64,000 bases of DNA, taken from contig CM120645.1 in assembly GCA_051362555.1 (NCBI GenBank), positions 8,432,001 to 8,496,000 on the forward strand, written 5' to 3'. Each line of letters starts with the position of its first letter. Position 1 is the stretch's first letter. The notes under the pieces are model-generated. The model was not told where the DNA came from. It was given only the letters and a program-made list of their open reading frames with translations, and ran no database searches. This document shows positions 31,315 to 43,486 of the stretch, one piece after another. The DNA comes from Lingula anatina (Eukaryota > Animalia > Brachiopoda). The position numbers and the translations under genes are program-made.

Positions 31315-34300
31315 GGAAGGCCATCACTGGAGCTGTTGAATAGAATGGATTGTATTTATTTCGCTGATCTAGAGAATTTTTCCAAATATGATGAACTGCA
31401 GGAGTTACTCTCTGACGGAACATTTTTATGGGGATTTGGTTCACCTAAATTTCTACCGTAAGTTGGCTAAATAAAAATCCAAATTTATTTGATAATCTCT
31501 TGGTAGTTTTCCACAAATAAAGTGAACTACATTTAACTTGTCACTTTATAACTCAAATTATTGTGCATACAGTTTTCTTCACCAAGTATCGTTATGTCCT
31601 TGTAGTTGTTTCTCAAGAGTTTTATGGGAAAGTAGGGTTGTTATGACCCAATCTTTTCTAAAAGAGAGAAGATTTTAAGTTTTATGTGTTTTTAAAGTAG
31701 TTACAGGACAGAAAGCACTTTATATCTAAGACCTCATTCATCCACATCAGCAGGGATGGATTACAATAAAGAATGGAAATAATTTAAATAAAAGTATCGA
31801 CTATTTTTACATAATAAATGTGTCAAAGGTGTTTCATAGTTTTAGGACAGACATTAGGATCTCTGCCTGCCATCCCCATTGCTGTTGCCAATAAGAATGT
31901 AGTTTTCTTGTACACTATTTTGCTTATTATTCACAGATGTAGTCGTAGATTCATAGACTAAAATTAAGCTTGGATTAGAAAACTGGCCTGATTGAAGCAT
32001 TTAACTTTTGGGGATTTTTTTCAATTTTCACACCTGTCATCTATAATTCCCATACGGACCTGGGGCCCATTTCACGAAGCAGTAGTTAGTTACCGATCGG
32101 TAGTTAGTCTCTTGCTAGTTATGAGTGCAGTTTCACAAAGCTATCGCTAGTTCTCTCACTCGTTATTGTGTCGTTGTTACCTTGGGTATTTAACGACTGG
32201 TCAGACCAGTAGCTAACTCTAGAGTTTCATTGTACGCATGCGTAAGGAATGAAATAGAAAGGTTGCTTAGTTACTGTTGTCTATCATATCCACTATTTGC
32301 GGCTACCTTTCTTGCAAACCGTACAGCCAGACGGCAACATATACCACGATGTTTTCATGATAAGCAGAATCTATTAGCATATACACAGGATGATGCAATT
32401 TACTGAACTTAGCGATGAGTTAACAACTGCTTCGTGAAACACCCCTTAAGTTATCTCGTTAGCGAGATAGTTCAGTAGTTGTTCTAACTAACAACTGCTT
32501 CGTGAAACGGGCCCCTAAAGCCCTATGTTAGTTAGATTCTCTGAAAGACCACATAATACATACATTTTAATTAAAATTTTGTGGTGATAATGCTGTTAAG
32601 CATTATGTAATATTGTCTCTAGTCGTGTATTATCATTGAATTTTGCAATACATTTCAGGAATAAAAAATTTTTCATGCAGCCCAACACTTACTATGAAAT
32701 TGCTACAGACACTGAAAAGGATGCTGCAGACATTTGCCTTATTATAAGGGTAAGCAATGTTACTGGTATGGGTAGTAAATTATTTTAAAACATAGCTGGC
32801 AGGGCTTGACATAAACTTTTTAGGCACTTGCCAGCTGACAAGTAGGTAGGTCTGGGGGGTGTTTTGAGAAAAAATTATAGGCTTTTTTTGTTGTTGTTAT
32901 TGTTGTTGCCAGGGGAGATTTTAAGTATATAATTATTAAATACTATACATTATCCTATAATCTTGACTTTGTTCTAATTAATGATTATTACAAAACACAG
33001 CATATAATGTATTTTTATAATCAATCAATATTTCTTTGTTAATATTGAAATTCAAATCTTACCTTGTCAAATTTTAATATGGCCAAGACAGAATTGAAAT
33101 TTTAATTTGGCCTATACCAATTTAAAATCTGTCTACAAGGTAGATTTATAATATCTGACTTAAATTCATTGTGGACTAACTAAAAACAGACGCATGCACA
33201 TTGCACTTACGCACATATACATACGTATACACACACACTCACCATGATTTGGAAGCTTGTCAGAAAAAATGTCTGGACCTGCCCCTGCTTTTCACCATGA
33301 ATGGTACGTTGCAAGTTATGGGTCCTTGTATTGCCAAAGACATACACCCATAGTTACTATTGAACTTGAAAAACAACTCGTATACTGGCAATCTTAATGT
33401 GACCTTTAATTTATCATTTGACCTACTTTTCATCATGAACTGTACTTTGCAAATTCTAGACCTTATATCTCCCAAACTGGCAGAGATAACCAATTATCTT
33501 AGTAACTGTTGAAATTGAATAGAAAATATTATATTGACTATTTATGTGTCATTTAATATGACCTTTGACTTAATATTTCATCATGAATTGCACTTTGCAT
33601 GTTTTTTCAGGTGGCACAGATGGGTGAGAAGATCTCTAAACACGTCGCATTTGAGGTCTGGTCGTCAGATAAAATATTCGAGATGTTACCTAAGATGATA
33701 AGAAGGGATTCAGATAGAGAGATTGAAATAGTCAAACCCCACCAGAAAAAACAAAATGGCAAAGTTACTGTAAAAAAATTCAATGTAAGTCTGATCACAG
33801 TGCTTAAGCCCTTTTTGCACTGGATGGTGTCCTTTCTATGTCCCGCAGTACGGCCTCGTTTGAGAGTTTAGTAAGAAAAATACTTAAGCATTCATTCTGC
33901 AACAAAGCAATGCTTGTGTCTCTTTTCTATGACCACGGCGATGCCAGTTTTATGGTCACACAAAAGACGCAGAAATGACGCCGTCCAGTGTTAAGGGGGT
34001 TTTAGTTATTACAATTGCACCACCAACGTAGGCGCTGGTGGTACACATGGTTTTAGTCCCGACCCGCCTGTTTCGCCGGCTCCACCGCCATGTCACCGTT
34101 ACAGCTTCTCCTCCTAGACTACAAGGGCCTGCATACCCATCTCTTGGATTTAGTATATATTTTTAATCTGCAGTCTAGAATATCCACGGATCAGCTGGTT
34201 CTGAATGTGCCCATTGCCATTAAACTAAGTCCTGACTATATTATGCTTTGTTTGATGAAACCTTAATATAACATGTCTGCACTTTCAGAGAAAAAAAATT

Positions 34301-37026
34301 GGAAAACCAACTTTGGAGCAAAATTGCAAGTTGCAGGGTGCCCGGGTAGAGGACAATGTTTCTGTTGGATCCCACATTTGGAAAAGTATGTATATATGTT
34401 AAGAGAAATGATTATCCCTATTTTCAAAGAATATGCCTGTTAGTCAGCAGTTACATGAAATAAGAATATATGAATGAGGAGTTATTATTATTATTGTACC
34501 ACCAGCATAGGTGGTGGCGGTACACATGGTTGTAGTCCCGACTGTAACGAAACTGAGGGTCTGTCTAACAGAAAGTCCGCCCTCCATATAGTTATAATGG
34601 TCAGGGTTAGTTGGTCAAAATCTAGGACGAGGCTCACCTGTACAAATGAATGGGAAGCGGACTCTCTCTTATGGGGGACTCTCTGTCACGTTACATCGAC
34701 CATCTCATCTGCTGGTTGTCACCGTTACAGCTTCTCCTCCTAGACTACGAGAGCCTGTATACCCTTCTCTTGGATTTAGGTCACATATAATCTCAACTCA
34801 ATCCACATAAATTTTGGACTTTGTCAGTTGTAGTCCCGACCCATCTCATCTGCTCGTTCCTCTGCCTTGTCACCGTTACAGCTTCTCCTCCTAGACTACA
34901 AGAGCCTGCATACCCATCTCTTCAATTTAGGTCACACATAATCTCAACTCAATCCACAAAAATTTTGTACTTTGTCAGTGCACATGCCTAGGTGTGGCAC
35001 ACATTGAAACACACCCTTGTCAAAATGTTTGTTGCCCTACATATATCAAAGAGTACAACCTCACAATATTCAGTGGCGAAAATAATGTGAAATAATCCCA
35101 AAATTAGCAGAGATATACCCATAGTGACTTTTGAACTTCAATAGGGTGTCATATATTGGTAATCGTACTGTGACCTGGAACTTTGATCAACTTTTCACCA
35201 TGAACTGCACTTTGCAAATTTTTTTACCTTTATATAATATCCAAAACTGGCAGAGATATGCCCATAGTTACTATTAAACTGGAAAAGGAAATCATATATT
35301 TGCAAACTAACTGACCTTGAATATGACTTTTGATCAACTTTTCACCATGAAGTCCACTTTGCAAAATTCCAACCCTTTTATCTCCGTAAATGGCAGAGAT
35401 ACACCCATAGTTACTATTGAACTTAAATAGGAAATCATAGTTTGGCAATCTTTGACCTTGAATTTTACCTTTGACCTACTTATCACAATGAACTGGACCT
35501 TACAAATCTCCGACCCTTATATCTCCAAAACTGGCAGGGATATGCCTATTTGAACTTGAATAGGAAGTCACATATGCACATATTGGCTATCACCTTAAAT
35601 TTGACATTTGACAAACTTTTTACCATGAACTTCACTTTGCAAATATTTCAACCCTTATAACTCCAAAACTGGCAGAGATACACCCATAGTTGTTAATGAA
35701 CTGGAAAAGTGAGTCATATCTTGGCAATCTTACTTTGACCTTGAATTGACTTTGACATACTTTTCATTTCATCTTGAATTTAACCATCACAAATATTTCA
35801 ATATGTTCAAACAGACTACCAGTGCCAAAAAAGAATTCCACTATAAACAACATTTCCTCTAAGTGCCAATGCTTTTACATGTCCACTTCTCCTACCCCCC
35901 CCCTCTTTCAAGTTACTGCCTCAAAATCTAAAAACCCAATCTCTATAAATTCCCTAATTACACATTTCAGTGTTTTGTCAATTACTCTTAACTAACATCA
36001 ATCAACATACTCCAACAAACCACAACTACTCAAAACTCAGCAATCACAATTCCAAACACTAAATTAAATACATTCAAACATTTTTTGTCACCATTAAAAA
36101 AAATATATTGATTATTCCCACTTCCACCTTATGCAATATAAACCATCTACCTTCAATGAACAAAATGGACAAAACTATAGCCTGTATACATTTACTACTG
36201 TTACAAAAAGTTGCATATGTATTAAAAACAATCATACATTAAATGCCTTTATCTACACGTGAATTTAAACTATTCTACTTCTCCCCATAAAGCACTGTAC
36301 CCACTTCCAACCCTACTTCAAAACTTATACACACAAATCCATACCTTCCCTTCGATTTAAATACACTTACTTCCACTGGTGGTACATTATCAGGAGGCAG
36401 TATCACCTCTCTGGTTTTTTAAGTATGTCCACACCTCATAGTATAAAGAGGAGTGTGATCCATTGATTTGAGTGAGAAAAGTAAGGAAATGACTCCTATT
36501 TGGAAAATATTGTGCACAGCAAATATTGTGGCATTGTTACTATTTCAACATCGTGTTTACCCCTTTTGGGGATGATATTGGGTATTCCCCCCAGGTCGGG
36601 ATATCAGTTGGATTATTCACTAGGGCCTGGTATGTACGTGTTCAGAAATGTTAATCTCTGCATTAAAAGTACACCCCTATTAAAGTTAATTATAGGGGTT
36701 TAAAACTTAAATCGTTGGGACTCAGCAGGGATAAATACTACTCTTACTCGGCCTAAATCTACTCAGCTCACTTTTACCCACCCACTGTGAGCAGGACATC
36801 ATCATCAATAGAAAAGTGCTCCTGTACTTTCATTTAAATAAACAGGGTAATGCACCTGATAAACAGGGTGAAAATGCCGACCTTTGTGAGTCGGAACAAT
36901 AGCAGCTCGCAGATGGCGTTGCTTATTTCTTAGTTAAATGCTCTCAAATTGCCTTATACTGTTCAAGAACCATGAAGAAAAAGACAATTACAGAGATTCC
37001 TTGAATATTCCCTCTTTTTACAATAC

Positions 37027-37063
<37 letters not shown>

Positions 37064-40000
37064 CTATAATTTCAAATGATGAACATGCTAGTAAAAATCA
37101 CACACCGTCTTTCCCAACTCGGGTTTATTCAATTTGATGCACTATAAATGTCAGAAGTTAAACAGTGATAATTTTTATTGTCAAAGGTAATTAAGTTTAA
37201 TTTTGAAATAAATAATATATGTATCACAGTTGCATAAATTTTCTTAATTTGTCAACTCATACACGATGATACACTGCAGTAAGGTTATAGGATTGCAGTC
37301 ATTTTAATTATTATGTACAGACACAGATGTGTCTGTACATATTGCCATCACCTGCGTCTGTCGTCGCCGTTGCCGATGCCGGCGCCGTGCACTTTCCTTG
37401 TAAACATGATAAGTGGAGGGCAGTTTTACTTTTTGGCTTAATATTTACAGAGCTGATGAATATTCATAAAACGCAGGTCAAGTTCGAAAACCAGCATGAT
37501 CGGGCCATTATTGTAGAAGTTATGTTGTTTTTTCACTTTTCAGCATATATGCAACCCTGTAAACACATTTAAAGGAAAACCGTTAGGCCTGTTGTCATGA
37601 AACTCACAGGAGTAATCAATCTTACTAAAATGCAAGTCAAGTTCGAAAATCGGCATGATCGGGCCACTATTTTAGTAGTTATGCTTTTTTTTCATTTTTC
37701 AGCATATATGCAACACTGTAAACACAATATAAGAAAAACAGATAGGCCAATTGTCATTTAACTCACAGGATAGGTCAATCTTACTAAAACGCAGGTTGAG
37801 TTCGAAAATCAGCATAATCGGGCCATTATTTTAGAAGTTATGCTGTTTTTTCAAATTTCCTCAGATTCAACTCTTAGGCATGTTAACAGTCTCATTAATG
37901 AACTAATAAGATACGTAAAAGTGTTTGTTTGACATTTCCTGCATCTTTACAACATTGTTAGTTGATTATGTAAAAATGATGGTAAACTTGTTATCGTGTA
38001 TTGTGTAATAAAGTTTCAAAAATGGAAATAAACTCATATCATTGCAGTTTGTCAGATTCAATCATTCACTATGTTCAGAATCTCAGAATGGAGGAAATTG
38101 GACATTTAACACTGTTGTATTGATATTTTTCCCATCTCATCAATTTTCTTAGTTGATCGTATAAAAATGGCAGTAACCTGTTAATTTTGTTTTATGTTAA
38201 AAAAAGTGTTAAAAATGGGAAAAAAAAAACATTTCAGAACAGTGCTGTCTTGTTTACATTCTGGCATTTTCAAGTTGTGACTTGGAAGTTCCATGGGCCT
38301 GAAGACCTTTGCTAGTCACATTTTCTGAATATCCATGATTCTTATATTTTATTATTAAAAATTGATGGTCATTATGCTGTTAAACATTATGTAATATTGC
38401 ATCAAAATTTGAAAAAAACCTATTTTGGGCACTGCTCCCATGATGACCATTTAAGAAAAACCATGTCACTTACTGTTCTCAAACAGTACAGTAAATATGT
38501 ACAGATGTGTCTATACATATTGCCATCACCTGCGTCTGTCGTCGCCGTCGTCGCCGGTGCCAACACCGTGCACTTTCATTGTAAACATGATAAGTGGAAG
38601 GCAGTTTTACTTTTTGGCTGTATATTTACAGAGCTGATGAATATTCATAAAACGCAGGTCAAGTTAAAAAATCAGCATGATCAAGCCATTATTGTAGAAG
38701 TTATGCTGTTTTTTCACTTTTCAGCATATATGCAACACTGTAAACACATTTTAAGGAAAACCGATAGGCCTGTTGTCATGAAAATCACAGGAGTAATTGA
38801 TCTTACTATAACACAGGTCAAGTTCGAAAATCGGCATGTTCCACGGGCTTGAAGACCCATGCTAGTCACATTTTCTGAAAATCCATGATACATGTATTTT
38901 ATTATTAAAAATTAACGGTCATTTTGCTGTTAACCATTATGTAATATTGCATCAGAATAGAAGAAAACAATTTTGGGTGCTGCTGCCAAGATGACCATTA
39001 TGGGAAAACCATGTTACTTATGATTGTCAAACTTTCAAAAAAGAAATACAGGACTAAAATGCAGAGTAATTGATCTTACTAAAACGCAGGTCAAGTTCAA
39101 AAATCGGCATGATCGGGCCACTATTTTAGTAGTTATGCTTTTTTTTTTCACTTTTCAGCATATATGCAACACTGTAAACACAATATAAGAAAAACAGATA
39201 GGCCTATTGTCATTAAACTCACAGGAGTGGTCATTCCTGCTAAATCGCAGGTTGAGTTCAAAAATCAGCATAATCGGGCCATTATTTTAAAGAAATGCCG
39301 TTTTTATGTACAGAGACAGATGTATTTTACCTGTTGAGCATAATTAAAATTTGATGTTGAATTTGCAGTTTAACATAATGTACTTTTGCATCAGAATTGA
39401 CAGTAGCCTTTTTTGTTATTTCCTGCTTTTTGTCTGTACATTTGACAGCTTTGCTGCCTTGTTCGTATGACAATCAATCTCGTAACTAGCATCTTTAGAG
39501 GAAAAGTTCAGGTAAAACATCTTTTTACAATAAAAACAACACAAAATTTACCAAAGATATTATAAAAATAGTCAAAAAGATAGAAAGAAAATTTGGTCAC
39601 CAATTTACAGGGAGTCCACTTACAAATATACCCTCGTTCCCCAAAAAATTTCTTAAGCTGTCCAGCTGTCATTTAAAATATGGGTCGTCTTTCGAGCCCA
39701 GTAGCTGTCCAAATGAAAGGTGGAAGGCTCTCTGGGAAACACCTTGCTTCAGATATAACAAAAAAGGATGCCTAAAATTTATATTCGGTGTAGACATAAG
39801 TAGGTTTTTTTATAACAGGAACCAATATATTCCTGCAATAAGAATTATGATGTCGGGCTCTACCTGCTGCTGCATAAAACTTTTTGAGTGCCTGCTATGA
39901 TTATTTGACCAAAGTCAGGGTAATACTTAATCTTATGTAATGTTAAAGTTGAATTGTTATTTTTATCTTAATCTGGTGTTGTACTATCATGGTAGGTGAA

Positions 40001-43000
40001 TCGCAACCTGGTGGGGGGGAAAAGAAGAAGACACCAGAAACAAAATATCCTGTCGATATTCTTGACAGGCAGCGTCCAGGACTGAAATATAAGCTTGTCG
40101 CTGAAATTGGAAAGGGCAAAGCTAAGAATTTTATTATGGAGGTGACGGTGGACGGAGAGACATTTCAGGGTTCAGGGAGGAGAAAAATAGATGCCAAGAG
40201 ACGTGCGGCTAAAGCCGCCCTCAGCAAGATCTTCAACTGGGAAATCTCTGAGGTTCCAGGTAGAGCTACAGCACAGGCATTCTTCACAACAGGGGGCTCT
40301 GTTCTCACTCATTTCAGCTTTTATTGTCACTCTGCCTGGCATCTTTTCTCTTTTGGTTCTTGTTCTGTTTGTTGCAGACAATTTAAACAAAAAAATCTAA
40401 CACTGGTGAAGATAACATCTTGACACAAAAAGAAAAACAAGGGTGTTAGAGAAAATTTGCCAAATACTGGTATCTTAAGATGAGATCTTGTTTCCTCAGG
40501 GCTTTTGTTTGAAGCTTTAGTCAGCCATCTTTCCTTAAGAACGGCTCCCCCTGGTGTGCAGAATGTTGACAACAGGAAGACTTATATGCAGTGTAGTTTG
40601 GTGTAACACTTCTGTCTGAGGATCTTATTGAATGTTTTTGTTTTTCTGGAAGACCTGCACGAGTTTTTTTCTTTAAGCATCACTATTTTACCACACCTAG
40701 CATAGATGCTTTTACTGACTCTTTTTTTAGATTTTCTCGGTCATGACCGATTGGACCGACAGTTTCAGCATGTCTGGTTGTGGACCACATATAATGCACA
40801 TATCAATTAATTCCTTTCATTTTGAAGAAAAAAAATTTATGGAGACTTTACAATGAAAAATTTTCAGACTTGAATATGACACTCTCCATATTTATCCAGA
40901 TTTTGCAGTATATTAAATATGTTGTATTTTATGTTGTGCTGCTTGTTCTCCAGTGTATATAGTGTATTTACAGAGAGCTAGTCTTGAGTTTGACCTTTTT
41001 TTTTTCACCACAAACTGCATTTTGCATATTTTCTGCCCCTCTTATCTTCAAATCTCGCAGAGATATGCCCAGTGTTTCCCCTGGGTTTCTTTTTATTCAG
41101 CATTTATGCAACACTGATAACACATTTCAAGGAAAACCATATGCCTACTGTCTTGAAAATCACAGGAGTGATCAATATTACAAAAATACAGGTTAATTCG
41201 AAAATTATAGTTATGCTGTTTTTTCACTTCTTTTTGCATTTTTTGATAACTTATTTATTGCATTTTATAGAGCTTGTCAGGCTGAACAATGGTGGTGGTA
41301 GTGGTGGTGACCCCTTTTTTTGGTTTTCCATATGAATGCACTTACTCCAGTTGGTGGTACAATGCTCAGAAGCGGTATCACCTCTCTGATCCTTTAGTTA
41401 GCTGACTTTCATATTTTATTCATATTGAGTTTCAACGAGCCATGCGTCCTTTACCTGATTACATAATATTCAAAGATAAAGTGATGTTTGCGTCCCCCGC
41501 TGTGGCGTCAACAGCTTATTTTGACAAGGCTCGCACTACAGACTGGCTCAAGAAAAACATTGTTTTACCTTGATGACGATGAGTCTATTACTTATGGTCA
41601 TTTTCCCCACGGCAACCATTCATAAAAAGGGGGGCGTAGTTAGGTATTAGACAATTTTTCTGATCACTTAATGCGTTAGCAGTGCGTTGTCTTCAAATTA
41701 AATCCGTTAACTGTACCTGTCAGTCACATGAAATAAGAACATAATGAGGACATAGCTAGTGATGGTTATTATTAATAAAAGATCTTCTTACAACTTATGG
41801 TTTGAAGACTGGTCTACTCCAAAGATGCCTTTTTGGGGAAATATTTAATAGCAATATTACAGTGTCATTGTGATTGATTAAAGATGGGGGTTACCCCTTT
41901 TTGGGATTAAATTGGGCAGGAGCTCCCTCCCTTCCTCCTTCATGATCCTAAATGCAACTGTTAAAGATGGAAGAATAGTATGGCATGCCCTTGTCAGTAG
42001 GGAGATCTTACATTGTTGTCAATTATTTTTATGTTTATCTTTTGATATTATTTATTTTGTATATTTATTAAGTAAATAAAGAATTTAGTTTTTTCATTGC
42101 AGGTTGGGCGGAAAAATATTTGGAGGCTAAAGCAAAAGCTACAAGAAAAATCATTAGAGATATCAACAAGTTGCAAGGTGGCAAGATATCCATGATAGAC
42201 TTGAGTGAAGAAAAGAGGTGTGTGCGTGTGTGTAAGAGAGAGAAACCAAAAAGAGAGGGAGGGAGAGAGATAAGGGGGGGGGGAGAGCTGGCATGCATCA
42301 ACTTTGAGCTGTACAAAAAATTTTTATTACAATGATTTAGTTTAATGTCTCACTTTTATGGAAATTTACCTGTTCAGATATCTTATTTGGTCAGTGTGCA
42401 TTGTAAGATCCCACGGATCTTAAGTGAAAACAATAAGGTGTTGATTAATATTCTGTATGTTTATTTCAGTAACCAGCATCAGAAACGCATGTACTTGTAG
42501 TCCCATGGTTCTGACTAAAACGAAAACAAAAAGAACATAAATAAGTCTTCTTAAAACAGTGTTACAAACAATTTTAACTGCATTAAGAAAGTTTAACTTA
42601 TACAACAGAACAATCATAAAAACTCACATTGCTGGCTTTCGTGGATGTCAATTATTCCTTTTTATCCTGGAAAGCTGAATTTCCTCTACAAAATCACTGA
42701 ACATCTATAAGTAACTTGACGTTATTATACTATGTGGTGTCTGAACTGTCATAAAAGCACAAAGGAGTGTCGCAAAAATGTCTATTCCTACAGAATGCTA
42801 ACTGCAAAACAGCCACGCTGCTGAAGTGTCAATCAATTCTCCCTGCAGTCCTACCTCCTCACATAAAAGATCACGCAAATGGGCCGCTTAAGTTTACATT
42901 AATCAAAATAAACAAGTAATCGGGTTATTCGATTCTTACATGCATGCCACTAACATGATTAATAAAAAATTTTAAAAACATCCTTGGAGTTTTTGGGCAG

Positions 43001-43447
43001 GATTGATCTTTTGAGTATATATATTTTATTGTCTAAAAATTATTTACTTGCAGTGAAATAGATTTTTCTCCAGAAGAAGAGAAGTCTATATATATGCCTC
43101 AAAGGGATTCTCTTCCCCAAGCTAGAGGACAATTTAGAAAACTTGAAAGAGAGTATGACCTAGACTCTTTGAATTCTGAGGATGATTATAAGGAGGAGGA
43201 AGAAAAGTTTATGGTCATAGCTCCTGATGTGCTGTTGGAGGAGAATGGTATGTGTGCCTTTAAAAAAATGTGTATTTCTTAACTGATAAAAAGATTAACA
43301 TGTGCCTTATCATCAACAGTTGGTATGAATGAGAAAAGAGATTTTTTGTTAATCAGAAATTATTTTCACATCTGGTGGTATAAAAACCCTTTGAAGGAAG
43401 GGTTATGAATGCAACTGCAACAAATTGGACAATAAAACTAATAACAT

Positions 43448-43486
<39 letters not shown>

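Noticed and set aside
31388-31457. Alternative start MMNCRSYSL... in the first PIN exon
   Set aside because: This is a different frame from the one carrying the recognisable DLEN/GTFLWGF motifs, which is open across the exon and phase-matches the next exon.
37327-38852. Two similar ORFs (81 and 151 aa) suggesting a gene duplication
   Set aside because: Both lie inside a duplicated non-coding repeat, and the peptide repetition mirrors the DNA subrepeats.
39989-40423. 144-aa ORF as a stand-alone gene or an ADAR gene
   Set aside because: Only 39996-40259 is domain-like and bounded by splice sites; the rest is intron read-through. No deaminase exons were seen.
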